DNA of 63,999 nt, counting the filler, from an uncultured bacterium (lineage in GTDB: Bacteria > DAOPZR01), in assembly GCA_964637655.1 (NCBI GenBank). It is 16 parts of 16 records of this genome, joined end to end, with 100 filler letters (N's around TTAATTAATTAA, not from the genome) between each part and the next. Parts side by side here need not be neighbours in the genome. Positions count along the whole stretch, not along the records: positions 16,759 to 20,796 come from CAZWUZ010000316.1; positions 20,897 to 24,927 come from CAZWUZ010000317.1; positions 25,028 to 29,053 come from CAZWUZ010000318.1; 13 more parts are not named here. One strand, given 5' to 3'. Each line of letters starts with the position of its first letter. Within the stretch, counting starts at the first letter, position 1. Shown here one piece after another: positions 18,148 through 28,041 of this stretch. Made by a program: the position numbers and the translations under genes. A model generated the notes under the pieces. The model worked only from the letters and a program-made list of their open reading frames with translations, had not been told where the DNA came from and did not search any database.

Positions 18148-18954
18148 ATGCAACTGGGCAAGCATATCCGCCTCGAGCGGATCATCAGCCGCGTCAACCG
18201 CAAGACCATCATCGTCCCGCTCGACCATGGTGTGACGGTCGGGCCCATTCCCGGGCTCATCGACCTCGCCGCCACCGTCGACGCGGTCGCCGAGGGTGGC
18301 GCCAACGCCGTCCTCGGCCATCTCGGGCTGCCGCTCTACGGGCACCGCAAGAGCGGCAAGGACATCGGGCTCATTCTGCACCTCTCGGCAAGCACCACGC
18401 TGGCGCCCGACCCGACCGCCAAGGTGCTGGTCAACAGCGTGCGCCGCGCGGTCAAGATGGGCGCCGACGGGGTGAGCATCCACGTCAACATCGGGGCCGA
18501 GGACGAGAAGGATATGCTGCGCGACTTCGGCATCGTCGGCGAGGAATGCATGGAGTGGGGGATGCCGCTCATCGCCATGATGTACCCGCGCGGTCCGAAG
18601 ATCACGAAGGAGACCGACGTCAGCGTGGTCAAGCACGCGGCCCGCGTCGGTGCGGAACTCGGCGCCGACCTGATCAAGACCAACTATACCGGCAGCCCGG
18701 AGAGTTTCGCCGAGGTGGTCGCCGGCTGCCCCGCCCCGGTCATCATCGCCGGCGGCGAAAAGATGGAGACCGACGAGGAGCTGCTCACCGTCGTGCGCGA
18801 CGCCTGCGCGGCGGGCGCGGCCGGGCTCTCCATCGGGCGCAACATTTTCCAGCACCGCAACCCCGCCGCCATCGTCAAGGCGGTGGCCGCGGTCGTCCAT
18901 CAGCAGGCGGCGGTCAGCGACGCGCTGGCCATCGTCGCCGCCGAGGACCGCTGA
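18148..18954 (+). CDS. Class I DhnA-type aldolase, probably 2-amino-3,7-dideoxy-D-threo-hept-6-ulosonate synthase
   Basis: [54 protein letters not shown] (Schiff-base Lys), AGG, GRNIFQH. AAAGGAG RBS. Confidence 0.8.
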   Translation: MQLGKHIRLERIISRVNRKTIIVPLDHGVTVGPIPGLIDLAATVDAVAEGGANAVLGHLGLPLYGHRKSGKDIGLILHLSASTTLAPDPTAKVLVNSVRRAVKMGADGVSIHVNIGAEDEKDMLRDFGIVGEECMEWGMPLIAMMYPRGPKITKETDVSVVKHAARVGAELGADLIKTNYTGSPESFAEVVAGCPAPVIIAGGEKMETDEELLTVVRDACAAGAAGLSIGRNIFQHRNPAAIVKAVAAVVHQQAAVSDALAIVAAEDR

Positions 18955-18959
18955 CGCGC

Positions 18960-20156
18960 ATGACGGAATCGGCGCCCGCCGCCGCCGGGCCGCCGCCGCT
19001 GGTTTTTGCCGCCGACGACGACCCGATGCTGTGCCGCCTGCTGCAGCGCCTGCTGACCCGCGCGGGCTACCGTCCGCGCCTCTTCCCCGACGCCTGCGCC
19101 CTGCTCGCCGCCTGTGACGCGGAGACGCCCGACCTCGTGCTCACCGACCTGCAGATGCCGCACATGGACGGGCGCGCGCTGCTCGCCGCGCTGCAGCAGC
19201 GCGCGTATCCCGGGCCCGTCGTCATGCTCACCGGGACGTGTGACCTGCAGACCGCGATGGCCGCCATCCACGCCGGGGCCGCCGACTATGTCGCCAAGCC
19301 GCTCGACGCTGACCACCTGCTGCGCGTGCTGCAGCGGGCACTGCACGTCGCGCGGCTCGAGCGGGAGAACGCGCGGCAGACCGCGGAGCTGCAGCGGCGG
19401 GACGCGGAGATGCGCGACGAAATGGCGACCGCGCGGCGCATCCACCGCGCCATCCTCCCTGTCACCCTCCCCGCGCTCGACGGGTTCGCCTTCGGCAGCA
19501 GGTTCGTGCCGTCGCAGGCCATCGGCGGCGACCTGATCGATTTCTACCCGGATGCGCGGGGGGAGGACGGCACGCTCGGGGTGATGTTCGCCGACATCTC
19601 CGGCCACGGGGTGGCGGCCGCGCTCCTCTCGATGCTCTTCAAGACGGCGGCGACCGAGGCGTTCCGGGCCGCGACCAGCCCGGCGGCGGGAATGACGGAA
19701 CTCAACGAGCGGCTGGTGCGCGATTTTCCCGAAGGGCAGTTCGCCTGCGTCACCTACCTCGAACTGACCCCGGGGTCGCGCACCGTGCGTTTCGTGCGCG
19801 GTTCGCAGGAACCGCTGCTGCTGCTGACGCAGGACGGGGTGGTGCGCGAGTTTGCCGACGGGGGCACCCCGCCGGGGATGTTCACCGCGGCGGAAACCGG
19901 GAACATCGTCTACGCGGAACAGACACTGACGCTGGCGCCGGGCGAGAGCATCGTGCTGTATACCGACGGGGTGGCCGAGGTCTGCAGCCCCGAGAAACAG
20001 CTGCTCGGCATCGCCACGCTGCATCGCTGGCTGGCCGCCGACCGCGCGCTCCCCCCCGAGGCGCTGGCGCGCGAACTGCACCGCCGCGTCACCCGCTACA
20101 CGCGCACCACGCAGCTCCCCGACGACTTCACCGTCTTTATCGCCCGCGCCCTCTGA
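18960..20156 (+). CDS. Response regulator + SpoIIE/PP2C phosphatase
   Basis: Receiver ADDDP...TDLQMP...KP; PP2C IGGD, ADISGHGV, LYTDGV, DDFT. Confidence 0.9.
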   Translation: MTESAPAAAGPPPLVFAADDDPMLCRLLQRLLTRAGYRPRLFPDACALLAACDAETPDLVLTDLQMPHMDGRALLAALQQRAYPGPVVMLTGTCDLQTAMAAIHAGAADYVAKPLDADHLLRVLQRALHVARLERENARQTAELQRRDAEMRDEMATARRIHRAILPVTLPALDGFAFGSRFVPSQAIGGDLIDFYPDARGEDGTLGVMFADISGHGVAAALLSMLFKTAATEAFRAATSPAAGMTELNERLVRDFPEGQFACVTYLELTPGSRTVRFVRGSQEPLLLLTQDGVVREFADGGTPPGMFTAAETGNIVYAEQTLTLAPGESIVLYTDGVAEVCSPEKQLLGIATLHRWLAADRALPPEALARELHRRVTRYTRTTQLPDDFTVFIARAL

Positions 20157-20161
20157 CCCGC

Positions 20162-20208
20162 AGTTAGTAACAAAAACAGGGACTCCGTCCCTCAATTCGT
20201 TACTAACT
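20162..20208. terminator. Hairpin between convergent genes
   Basis: AGTTAGTAAC/GTTACTAACT arms enclosing AGGGAC-TCC-GTCCCT. Confidence 0.5.
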
Positions 20209-20796
20209 TACGAGGTCGGGAGGGGAGGGGGACTCCATGACCAGGCGCAGGCCGTCAGGCAGCCGCGTTTTCAGCCAGCCCGCGACCGCGGGGATGAACA
20301 GCCGCTCCGTGTGGAAATGCCCCGCCGCGACAACTGCCAGTCCGGCATGTTCCGCATCGAGAAACGCGCTGTGCTTGAGTTCGCCGGTCAAAAACGCGTC
20401 TGCCCCCGCCCCGAGCACGCCGTCGATGAGGTCGGAGGCGCTGCCGGCGCAGACCGCGACCCGGCGGATGCTGCGCCGGGGCTTGCCGACCAGATGCACG
20501 CGCGGCACCTTGAGCGCGCGCTTTATTTTTGCGGCGAAGGCGGACAGGGCGAGCGGGCGCGGCAGGTCGCCGATGACCCCGATATTCGGCACGAAGCCGG
20601 GAGTGACGAGCGGATAGACATCGTACGCCATTTCCTCGTAGGGATGCACTTCGCGCACCGCGGCGATGACGCCGTCGACGCGCGCCTGCGTCACGAAGGC
20701 CTCGATGCGGTATTCCCCGACAGTTTCCGTTGTTCCCTGCCGCCCGATAAACGGGCGAGCCCCCGCCAGCGGACGGAAGGTGCCCGTCCCCCGGGT
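20203..20796 (-). CDS. Nif3/YqfO (DUF34) protein with PII-like insert (5' truncated)
   Basis: GTFRPLAGARPFIG, HPYEEMAYDVYPL, RVAVCAGS, TGELKH, AGHFHTE. Confidence 0.9.
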   Translation of the reverse strand, partial: TRGTGTFRPLAGARPFIGRQGTTETVGEYRIEAFVTQARVDGVIAAVREVHPYEEMAYDVYPLVTPGFVPNIGVIGDLPRPLALSAFAAKIKRALKVPRVHLVGKPRRSIRRVAVCAGSASDLIDGVLGAGADAFLTGELKHSAFLDAEHAGLAVVAAGHFHTERLFIPAVAGWLKTRLPDGLRLVMESPSPPDLVS

Positions 20797-20896
20797 NNNN
20801 NNNNNNNNNNNNNNNNNNNNNNNNNNNNNNNNNNNNNNNNTTAATTAATTAANNNNNNNNNNNNNNNNNNNNNNNNNNNNNNNNNNNNNNNNNNNN

Positions 20897-21026
20897 CGTT
20901 GACGATGATAATCTCGTGGTCGATGCCGGCGGCAGAAAGTGTCGTGTCCACCGCGCGCGCGGTGTCGATGACCACCTGCCCCTCATTGAAACAGGGGATG
21001 ATGACCGTCAGGCGTTCGTTACTCAC
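20897..21026 (-). CDS. GT2 glycosyltransferase N-terminal fragment
   Basis: LTVIIPCFNE...EIIIVN(D). Confidence 0.8.
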
Positions 21027-21381
21027 CGGCGTCCTCCACGGGAATCGGGCCGCGCAGGGCCATCTTGGCGATCTGCGCGCGGTTGATGTAGGCCTCGGCA
21101 AAAATGAGGAACACGGCCATGGCGAGAATCAGGCAGAGAATGAGCGGCACCCCGGCTTTGGGCGGCAGGTAGGGGGAAAAGTTGCTGAAGGGGCGCGCGG
21201 TGGAGACACGGATCTTCTTCTTGACCCGCCCGTCAGGGAGCGTGCTGGTGCTGCTGCGCACCTGCGGGCGGGTAAAGGCCAGGCGCAGGCGGGAGCAAAA
21301 CATGTTGTAGCGCTCCTGGCAGCGGTAGAGCCAGAGCCCGAACCGCCGCGCTGGGGTGCGGCGGTGATGATGGCGCGGCAT
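21019..21381 (-). CDS. Hypothetical single-TM protein
   Basis: Basic N-region and one hydrophobic helix; coupled to both neighbours. Confidence 0.55.
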   Translation of the reverse strand: MPRHHHRRTPARRFGLWLYRCQERYNMFCSRLRLAFTRPQVRSSTSTLPDGRVKKKIRVSTARPFSNFSPYLPPKAGVPLILCLILAMAVFLIFAEAYINRAQIAKMALRGPIPVEDAGE

Positions 21382-21382
21382 G

Positions 21383-21574
21383 TTAGCGGCGGTCACGGAC
21401 CAGTGCGGCGAGGGAACGGTCGTAGGTGCGTTCCGCCGCGGCGGAGAAGAAGCAGGCGGGAAATTCGCCCATGGCGTTATGGTACTGCACGCACTCGCAG
21501 CATTTGCCCTTGCGACTGCAGGGTTCGTACGTGCAGTTGCACTTGACCAGGTTTTTTTCCTTCGTGCAGTCCAT
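21383..21574 (-). CDS. Small Cys-rich conserved protein (DUF6485-like)
   Basis: [32 protein letters not shown]...PACFF...TYDRS; GGAGGA RBS. Confidence 0.7.
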   Translation of the reverse strand: MDCTKEKNLVKCNCTYEPCSRKGKCCECVQYHNAMGEFPACFFSAAAERTYDRSLAALVRDRR

Positions 21575-21587
21575 GGCCGTGGTCCTC

Positions 21588-22460
21588 CTACCGCAATCCG
21601 GCACCGCGCAGGGCGGCGCGGATGCGTGTCTTCGTGGTCTCCTGCAGCGGGGCCAGCGGCAGCCGGCAGCCGGCGTCACAGAGGCCGAGCAGCGATGCCG
21701 CGTACTTGACCGGGGCCGGACTGGTCTCGGCAAAGAGTGCGTCGTGCAGCGGCAGCAGGCGGTCGCGCAGCAGCGCCACTTTTTTCAGGTCGCCCCGCTG
21801 CCAGGCGGCGTAGAGCTGCGCGCAGAGTTTCGGGGCGACGTTGGCCGTCACCGAAATGCAGCCATGTCCCCCCTGCGCGAGGAAAGCGGTGATAGTGCCA
21901 TCCTCGCCCGAGAGCATGCAGAACTTCGGGCCGAGGGCGACACGCGTGCGCAGCGGGCGCATCAGGTCGCAGGTGGCATCCTTGACCCCGACAATGTTGC
22001 GGATTTTCGCCAGGCGCGCCATGGTGGCGAGGTTCATGTCGACCACGCTGCGCCCCGGGATGTTGTAGATGATGACTGGCAGGCGGGTGGCTTCAGCCAC
22101 TGCCTTGAAGTGCAGGTAGAGCCCTTCCTGCGTCGGCTTGTTGTAGTAGGGGGTGACGAGCAGGGCGGCATCGGCGCCCGCCTTTTCGGCATGCCGGGTG
22201 AGGGCGATGGCCTCCGTCGTCGAGTTGGAACCGGTACCGGCGATGACCGGCACGCGCCCCTTGGCGGCGCGGATGCACAGGTCGACGACGAGATGATGCT
22301 CATCATGCGACAGCGTTGGTGATTCGCCCGTCGTGCCGCAGGGGACGAGGCCGCTGATCCCCTGGCGGATCTGCCAGTCGACCAGCCGGATGTATTCCTT
22401 TTCGCAGACGCGGCCGTCGCGGAAAGGGGTGATCAGCGCGGTGATATACCCGGAAAACAT
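21588..22460 (-). CDS. dapA: 4-hydroxy-tetrahydrodipicolinate synthase
   Basis: [50 protein letters not shown] and TTGCCT-17-TATACT promoter. Confidence 0.96.
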   Translation of the reverse strand: MFSGYITALITPFRDGRVCEKEYIRLVDWQIRQGISGLVPCGTTGESPTLSHDEHHLVVDLCIRAAKGRVPVIAGTGSNSTTEAIALTRHAEKAGADAALLVTPYYNKPTQEGLYLHFKAVAEATRLPVIIYNIPGRSVVDMNLATMARLAKIRNIVGVKDATCDLMRPLRTRVALGPKFCMLSGEDGTITAFLAQGGHGCISVTANVAPKLCAQLYAAWQRGDLKKVALLRDRLLPLHDALFAETSPAPVKYAASLLGLCDAGCRLPLAPLQETTKTRIRAALRGAGLR

Positions 22461-22583
22461 AACACGCTCCTGTGCATGAAGTAGCGGTAAGTATAGATTA
22501 CCCGCCAGCAAAAGGCAACGTGCTGCCGGGCAGAAACACGGGCGGGAAACCGGGAGAAAACCGCACAGCGCAGAACATCGCCC

Positions 22584-23083
22584 CGGCGGGAACCACGGAG
22601 CACGCGGAGCGCACGGAGAAAAACGACGAGACGTTCACCGCAGAGCACACAGAGCACGCAGAGAAAATAGTGAGTCGGCAAGAGGGCTGGCCCTGCGGGC
22701 AGCGGCACACCACCGGCACAACAGCATTGCTGCCAGCTGACCGCATGCGCTCTGTGTGCTCCGCGTGCTCTGTGGTGAAAAAGCATTTCTGTTTCTGTGC
22801 TGGAGAGGGAATATACGGAACACACGGAAAACGGCGACGGCGGGAACCACGGAGCACGCGGCGCGCACGGAGAAAAACGGCAAGGCGTTCACCGCAGAGC
22901 ACACAGAGCACGCAGAGAAAATAGTGAGTCGGCAAGAGGGCTGGCCCTGCGGGCAGCGTCACATCACCGGCACAACAGCACTGCCGCCTGCTGAGCATAC
23001 GCGCTCCGTGTGCTCTGCGTGCTCAGTGGTGAAAAAGCATTTCTGTTTCTGTGCTGGATAGGAAACACACGGAAAACGGCGAC
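22584..23083. repeat. Tandem pair of ~254-bp palindromic repeat units
   Basis: Units start at 22584 and 22838. Each has TTCACCGCAGAGCACACAGAGCACGCAGAG and a downstream inverted copy (22634-22663 vs 22750-22779, 26/30). Confidence 0.9.
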
Positions 23084-23148
23084 AGCGTGTTCCGCGGCAA
23101 TGCCGTGTCGTGCGGCAGGACGTTGCCTGAACAGCAGGGCGGAGAAGG

Positions 23149-24000
23149 TCAGCGGTATTCGAGGGCCTGGCCGCGGTAGACGAGGCGGGCGCCGCCCTGC
23201 AGGTGCAGGTCGCTCACCCCGGCGTCCGTCAGGCGGAAATGGACAATGAGGCGGTCGCCGCCGCGGGTGACCACCGTGACGGGAGGGCGCATCTCGTTGC
23301 GGATGGCGGTGGCGATGGCCGAAGCGACCGACCCGGTGCCGCAGGCGAGGGTCTCCCCCTCGACCCCGCGCTCGAAGGTGCGCACGCGGATGGTCTCGGC
23401 ATTGACCTGCTGGACGAAATTGACGTTGGTGCCCGCCGGCTGGAACTGCGCATGGTGGCGCAGTTCGCGCCCGAGCGCGGCAACGTCGACGCGCTCGACG
23501 CTGTCGAGCCCGAGGTCGTCGACGGCCACCACCAGGTGCGGGACGCCGGTATTGAGAACATCGGCGCGCAGGGCGCCGTCGGCGCGATGCACGACGGTGT
23601 TCAACTCCATGCGCACGTCGTAGGCGAGCGAAATTTTCACGGTCTCGTCGGTGTTGACGACGGCATCGACGATCCCTGCGCCGGTGACGAACTGCATCGA
23701 CGCGGGAGCGAGCTGTTCGAGGAAGGCGAAACGGGCGGCGCAGCGCGCGCCGTTGCCGCACATCTCCGCCTCGCTGCCGTCAGCATTGATGATGCGCATG
23801 GTGAAGTGCGCGGGCGCGGCGGCGGGTTCGATGAGGATGAGCCCGTCGGCCCCGATGCTCTGCCCGCGGCGGCAGACCTGGCGCGCCAGTTCCGCGGGGT
23901 CGGCGCACCAGCGTTCGCGGTGATCGACGACAACGAAGTCGTTACCGCTGCCGCTGAATTTGCAGAAGGCGAAGGGACGGGGATGGGCGGGCTTTTTCAT
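23149..24000 (-). CDS. dapF: Diaminopimelate epimerase
   Basis: GSGNDF, GADG, NADGSEAEMCGNGARC, GVPH, TNVNF, ERGVEGETLACGTG. Confidence 0.96.
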   Translation of the reverse strand: MKKPAHPRPFAFCKFSGSGNDFVVVDHRERWCADPAELARQVCRRGQSIGADGLILIEPAAAPAHFTMRIINADGSEAEMCGNGARCAARFAFLEQLAPASMQFVTGAGIVDAVVNTDETVKISLAYDVRMELNTVVHRADGALRADVLNTGVPHLVVAVDDLGLDSVERVDVAALGRELRHHAQFQPAGTNVNFVQQVNAETIRVRTFERGVEGETLACGTGSVASAIATAIRNEMRPPVTVVTRGGDRLIVHFRLTDAGVSDLHLQGGARLVYRGQALEYR

Positions 24001-24927
24001 GCGGTTTCACCCTGCACGAGGTTGTCATAGGTCTCGCGGGCCCGCACGACGCGGTGCGTGCTGCCGTCGACCATGATCTCCGCGGCGCGCGGCCGCGCAT
24101 TGTAGTTGGAGGCCATGACAAAACCGTAGGCGCCGGCGCTGCGCAGGATGAGCCATTCCCCCGGCTGCACCTGCGGGATGGGCCCCGCCTTGAGAAAGAA
24201 GTCGCCGCTCTCGCAGATGGGGCCGACGAGGTCGGCGGTCTCGCGCGGGGTATCTTCGCGGCGCGCGTAGACCCAGTGCTTCGCCCCGTAGAGCGCGGGG
24301 CGGATGAGGTCGTTCATTCCCGCGTCGGTGATGTAGAAGGTCTTGCGCGGGGTGCGCTTGATGTAGGTGAGGGAGAGCGCGAGGATGCCGCTGTTGCCGG
24401 CGATGAAGCGGCCCGGCTCGATGATGATCTTGAGGCCGAGCGGCTGCACCAGCGGCAGGATGGTGTCGCGCCACTCGTCCGCCTGCGGCGGCGTGTCAGC
24501 GCCGTAGTTGATGCCGAACCCGCCCCCGAGGTTGAACGTGGTCAGCGGGTAGCCCTGGGCGAGCAGGTTTTTAGTGAAGTCAACGGCGCGGCGTACCCCT
24601 TCGCGGTAGGGTCCGGTCTCGGTGAGTTGCGACCCGAGGTGGACATGCACCCCGCAGAGCTGTACCGCGGGGAGCTGCTTCGCCCGGGCGTAGATCTCCC
24701 CCGCTTCGGGGATGAGAATGCCGAACTTGTTTTCGGCGGTCCCGGTGGTGATGTGCGCGTGGGTGTGCGCGTCGACGTCGGGATTGAGGCGCAGCGCGCA
24801 GCGCGCGGTGACGCCCAGTTCCGCGGCGACGCGGTTGATGTTCTCGAGTTCCGGCCAGGACTCGCAGTTGAACATGTGGATGCCGGCCCTGAGTGCCTGC
24901 GCGATCTCGTCGGCACGCTTGCCGACT
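23997..24927 (-). CDS. lysA: Diaminopimelate decarboxylase (5' truncated)
   Basis: THAHITTG..NKFG, HVHLGSQ, NLGGGFG, EPGRFI, RPALYG, GPICESGD, GAYGFVMASNYN. Confidence 0.96.
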
Positions 24928-25083
24928 NNNNNNNNNNNNNNNNNNNNNNNNNNNNNNNNNNNNNNNNNNNNTTAATTAATTAANNNNNNNNNNNNNNNNN
25001 NNNNNNNNNNNNNNNNNNNNNNNNNNNCGGTGTGTGAGGTTGTGATGAACGCTTTCTCATTTGACATTTCTCTACATAGCAGT

Positions 25084-25353
25084 ACACGGAGCGCACGGAG
25101 AAAGTCGTAAAGGCGTTCACCGCAGAGCACACAGAGCACGCAGAGAAAAACTGGAGAACAGCGTGGGAAGCTGGCCCTGCGGGCGGCATTACACCACAGG
25201 CAAAACAGCATCGCCATCAGCGAACCGCAGGCGCTCCGTGTGCTCTGCCTCGCCCGCTGCTGTTCTGCTGCGTCCCTGGGTGCCGTAGTCGCCCGCAGGA
25301 CAAACTCAAAGCACACACAGCGCACTCTCTGCGTGCTCTGTGTGCTGCGGTGA
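25084..25353. repeat. Dispersed copy of the 254-bp repeat family
   Basis: CACGGAGCGCACGGAGAAA...GGCGTTCACCGCAGAGCACACAGAGCACGCAGAGAAAA...GCTGGCCCTGCGGGC...CTCCGTGTGCTCTGC, shared with 22584-23083. Confidence 0.85.
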
Positions 25354-25444
25354 ACAGCAGAGTAAAATCCTCCGTGTGGCCCGTGACACTGAAGTTTCCT
25401 CACGACGCGTTGACGGCGGCGGCAGGGCGTGGCATACTGCGCGC

Positions 25445-25819
25445 ATGGACCGCAACGCTTTCCGCACGCTCGTCACTGACGCTGTCGCCGCGCTGCCGGA
25501 GGCCATCCGCGCGCGGCTGCACAATATCGCCATCATCGTCGAAGACGAGCCGACAGACGAGGAACTCGAATCGGTCGGGCTCGACCCGGCGCAGGAGACG
25601 CTCTTCGGCCTCTACACGGGCGTGCCGCTCCCCGAGCGCACCGACGGGTTTCTCCCCCTCTATCCCGACCAGATCAAGGTCTTCCAGTTCCCGCTCGAGG
25701 ACGAGTACGGCAGCGACGGTGACGCGCTGCGGCGCGAGGTGCAGGTGACCGTGGTGCACGAACTGGCGCACTATTTCGGGTTCGACGATGATGAGCTGGC
25801 GGCGCTCGGCTGGCGGTAG
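25445..25819 (+). CDS. Zincin_1-like small metallopeptidase
   Basis: LFGLYTGVPL, PDQI, VVHELAHYFG. TTGACG-17-CATACT ends 6 nt before the ATG. Confidence 0.88.
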   Translation: MDRNAFRTLVTDAVAALPEAIRARLHNIAIIVEDEPTDEELESVGLDPAQETLFGLYTGVPLPERTDGFLPLYPDQIKVFQFPLEDEYGSDGDALRREVQVTVVHELAHYFGFDDDELAALGWR

Positions 25820-25868
25820 CGGCGGTGCGGGCTTGACATCCGCGCCGGCAGGCAGGTATAGAGCAGGT

Positions 25869-26318
25869 ATGATTCGCCTGCTGCCGCTCTACCTGCTGCT
25901 CCTTGCCGGTTGCGCCGCGTCGGTCCCCGAGTGGACGGGTCCGCGCAGCGGCGACTGGCGTACCACCTGCGATGCCGACATGGCGCACATCGCTACGGCA
26001 GTGGAGCGCTACCGCGCCATCGTCGGCACCTACCCGCGCGACCTGGCCGAACTCGAAGTCGGGCCCGCCGGCTGGCCGGCACAGTGGGCGCCGCTGCTCC
26101 CGCGCAGCGTGCCGCTGACCGACCCGTGGCAGGCTCCCTACCGCATCGACCTGCTCGACCATTCGCTGGCACTGCTCACCGGCCTTGATTTCCAGATTGT
26201 CTCCGCCGGTGTCGACCGCCGCTTCGCTACGGACGACGATATCCGCGCGCCGCTGCCGAATGCACTCTACACGCCCGGCCTGTCACCTGCCGGCCCCGCC
26301 AACCGCCCCCCCGAATAA
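25869..26318 (+). CDS. Lipoprotein with GspG-like pseudopilin C-terminal domain
   Basis: LAGC lipobox; DMAHIATAVERYRAIVGTYP, DPWQAPY, IVSAGVD...DDDI. Confidence 0.7.
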   Translation: MIRLLPLYLLLLAGCAASVPEWTGPRSGDWRTTCDADMAHIATAVERYRAIVGTYPRDLAELEVGPAGWPAQWAPLLPRSVPLTDPWQAPYRIDLLDHSLALLTGLDFQIVSAGVDRRFATDDDIRAPLPNALYTPGLSPAGPANRPPE

Positions 26319-26504
26319 CCGTCCGTCATCCCGTCCCCGGTTTCCGGTCGTCACTCCCGAAATGGGTAATCGGGAGTCCAGCAGTTTCGCTGCCATCCGC
26401 AACATAGTAGACTGATGCCACCTGTTCTGCCGCCCTCACCCTGTCCTCTCCCGCCACGGCGGGAGCGGGTGCAGAAAATCGGCCGGCAGCGTGGAGGTGG
26501 AACC

Positions 26505-27797
26505 ATGGACCTGATCATCCGCGGCGGCACGCTGGTACTCGAAAACAAAACACTGCGTGCCGACCTGCACATCCGCAACGGACATATCCACCGCTGGGGA
26601 AAGTCCCTGCGTGTCCCGCGCGCCGAAACGCTCGACGCGCGCGGCCAGTATGTCTTCCCCGGCGCCATCGACCCGCACGTGCACCACGAACTCAACCTCG
26701 GGCCGGGACGTCAGTCATCCGACACCTTTGTTTCCGGAAGCACCGCCGCGCTGCATGGCGGCGTGACGACCATGTTCGATTTCGCCCATCAGGAAAAACC
26801 GCGTGAGACGCTGGTGCAGGCGTATGCGCGCCACCTGCGCAAAGCACGCGGCGCGGTCAATCGCGTCCGCTTTCACGCCGGCATCATGCGTATGAGCGAT
26901 GATCTCGAACAGCAGATTGCCGACGTCGCCGCCTGCGGGGTGCGTTCGTTCAAACTCTACCTCAACTCGCCGCAGATGAACACCGAATTCCTCTACCGCG
27001 CGTTGCGCGCCATCAGCGAAGTCAAGGGGCGCGCGCTGCTCCACTGCGAGGACGGCACGCTCACCGAATACCTCAAGCGCACGTATCACGCCGCGGGGAA
27101 ACGCGCGGCCAAGTACCTGCCGGAGAGTCGTCCGGCCGTGCTGGAAATCATGGCCCTGACGCAGGCGCTGATCCTCGCGCGCGAATGCCGCACCCCGCTC
27201 TACATCGTGCATCTGTCGACGGGCGCGGGCGCGCGTGCCGTCGCGGCGGCGCAGGCGACCGGTCTTGACGTCGCCGCCGAAACCTGCCCGCAGTATCTGC
27301 TCCTCGACGAGAGCATCTACCGCCGCCGCGACGGACACCGCTACACCTGCACCCCGCCGCTGCGCACCGCCGCCGACCGCGAGGTGCTCTGGGCACTGCT
27401 GCGCGACGAGATTATTTCCTGCCTCGGCACCGACCATTGCCCGTTCACGAAACAGCAGAAGGACCGCGGCCGCGCCAGTTTCGTCAATTACGTCTACGGC
27501 CTGGCGGGCGTGGAAACGGGGCCGGCGCTGATGCTCACGGAAATGCGCAAGCGGAATTTCGGTTGGCCGCTGATGGGGCGCCTGCTGGCCACCAACGCCG
27601 CCAGACTCTTCGGACTCTATCCGCGCGTCGGCGTCATCGCCCCGGGCGCGCGCGCCGACCTCTTCCTCTACGACCCGCACGGCACGCACCGCCTGTCCTG
27701 CCGTGAGTGGCACATGCAGTCCGATGTCAGTCAGTTCGAGGGGTGGAAACTGCACGGACGCATCAGCACCGTGCTCACCACCGGCCCCGACCGCTGA
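26505..27797 (+). CDS. Dihydropyrimidinase/hydantoinase-like cyclic amidohydrolase
   Basis: PGAIDPHVH, GGVTT, SFKLY, HCE, VHLS, ETCPQY, PPLR, GTDHCPF. GGAGG RBS. Confidence 0.88.
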   Translation: MDLIIRGGTLVLENKTLRADLHIRNGHIHRWGKSLRVPRAETLDARGQYVFPGAIDPHVHHELNLGPGRQSSDTFVSGSTAALHGGVTTMFDFAHQEKPRETLVQAYARHLRKARGAVNRVRFHAGIMRMSDDLEQQIADVAACGVRSFKLYLNSPQMNTEFLYRALRAISEVKGRALLHCEDGTLTEYLKRTYHAAGKRAAKYLPESRPAVLEIMALTQALILARECRTPLYIVHLSTGAGARAVAAAQATGLDVAAETCPQYLLLDESIYRRRDGHRYTCTPPLRTAADREVLWALLRDEIISCLGTDHCPFTKQQKDRGRASFVNYVYGLAGVETGPALMLTEMRKRNFGWPLMGRLLATNAARLFGLYPRVGVIAPGARADLFLYDPHGTHRLSCREWHMQSDVSQFEGWKLHGRISTVLTTGPDR

Positions 27798-27800
27798 AAC

Positions 27801-27943
27801 AATGGGGACGGGTGTTAACTAATTAACAAACTTTCGTTTCGAGCACTTTGCTACGCAAGGGTATATCTTACAAAAAGTCCGTTGCGATGCCTTATATGGC
27901 ACGTACAGAAAAGTTAGTTAATTTGTAAACACCCGTCCCCATT
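27801..27943. mobile_element. 143-bp AT-rich MITE-like element with 34-bp terminal inverted repeats
   Basis: AATGGGGACGGGTGTTAACTAATTAACAAACTTT (27801-27834) matches the reverse complement of 27910-27943 at 31/34. Confidence 0.65.
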
Positions 27944-28041
27944 TATGGTCCGTATTGACGGTGTACGGGGACAAAAGTAGAATGTTGCTACGAATTGGAC
28001 ATACATATCAGGCGCAATTGCGCGGGACGGCGGAGGGAGCA

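Noticed and set aside
18123-20156. 677-aa ORF suggesting an aldolase-phosphatase fusion
   Set aside because: The upstream part is an off-frame read of the aldolase; the regulator starts at ATG 18960.
21383-21574. Cys-rich small protein as a RiPP precursor
   Set aside because: Resembles a conserved small metal-binding family and sits after dapA with no maturase nearby.
22433-23061. ORFs with TEHTEHAE / LCVLCVLCG repeats, or a CRISPR array
   Set aside because: These are translations of the 9-nt repeat element. The units are long with conserved interiors, and there are no unique spacers or cas genes.
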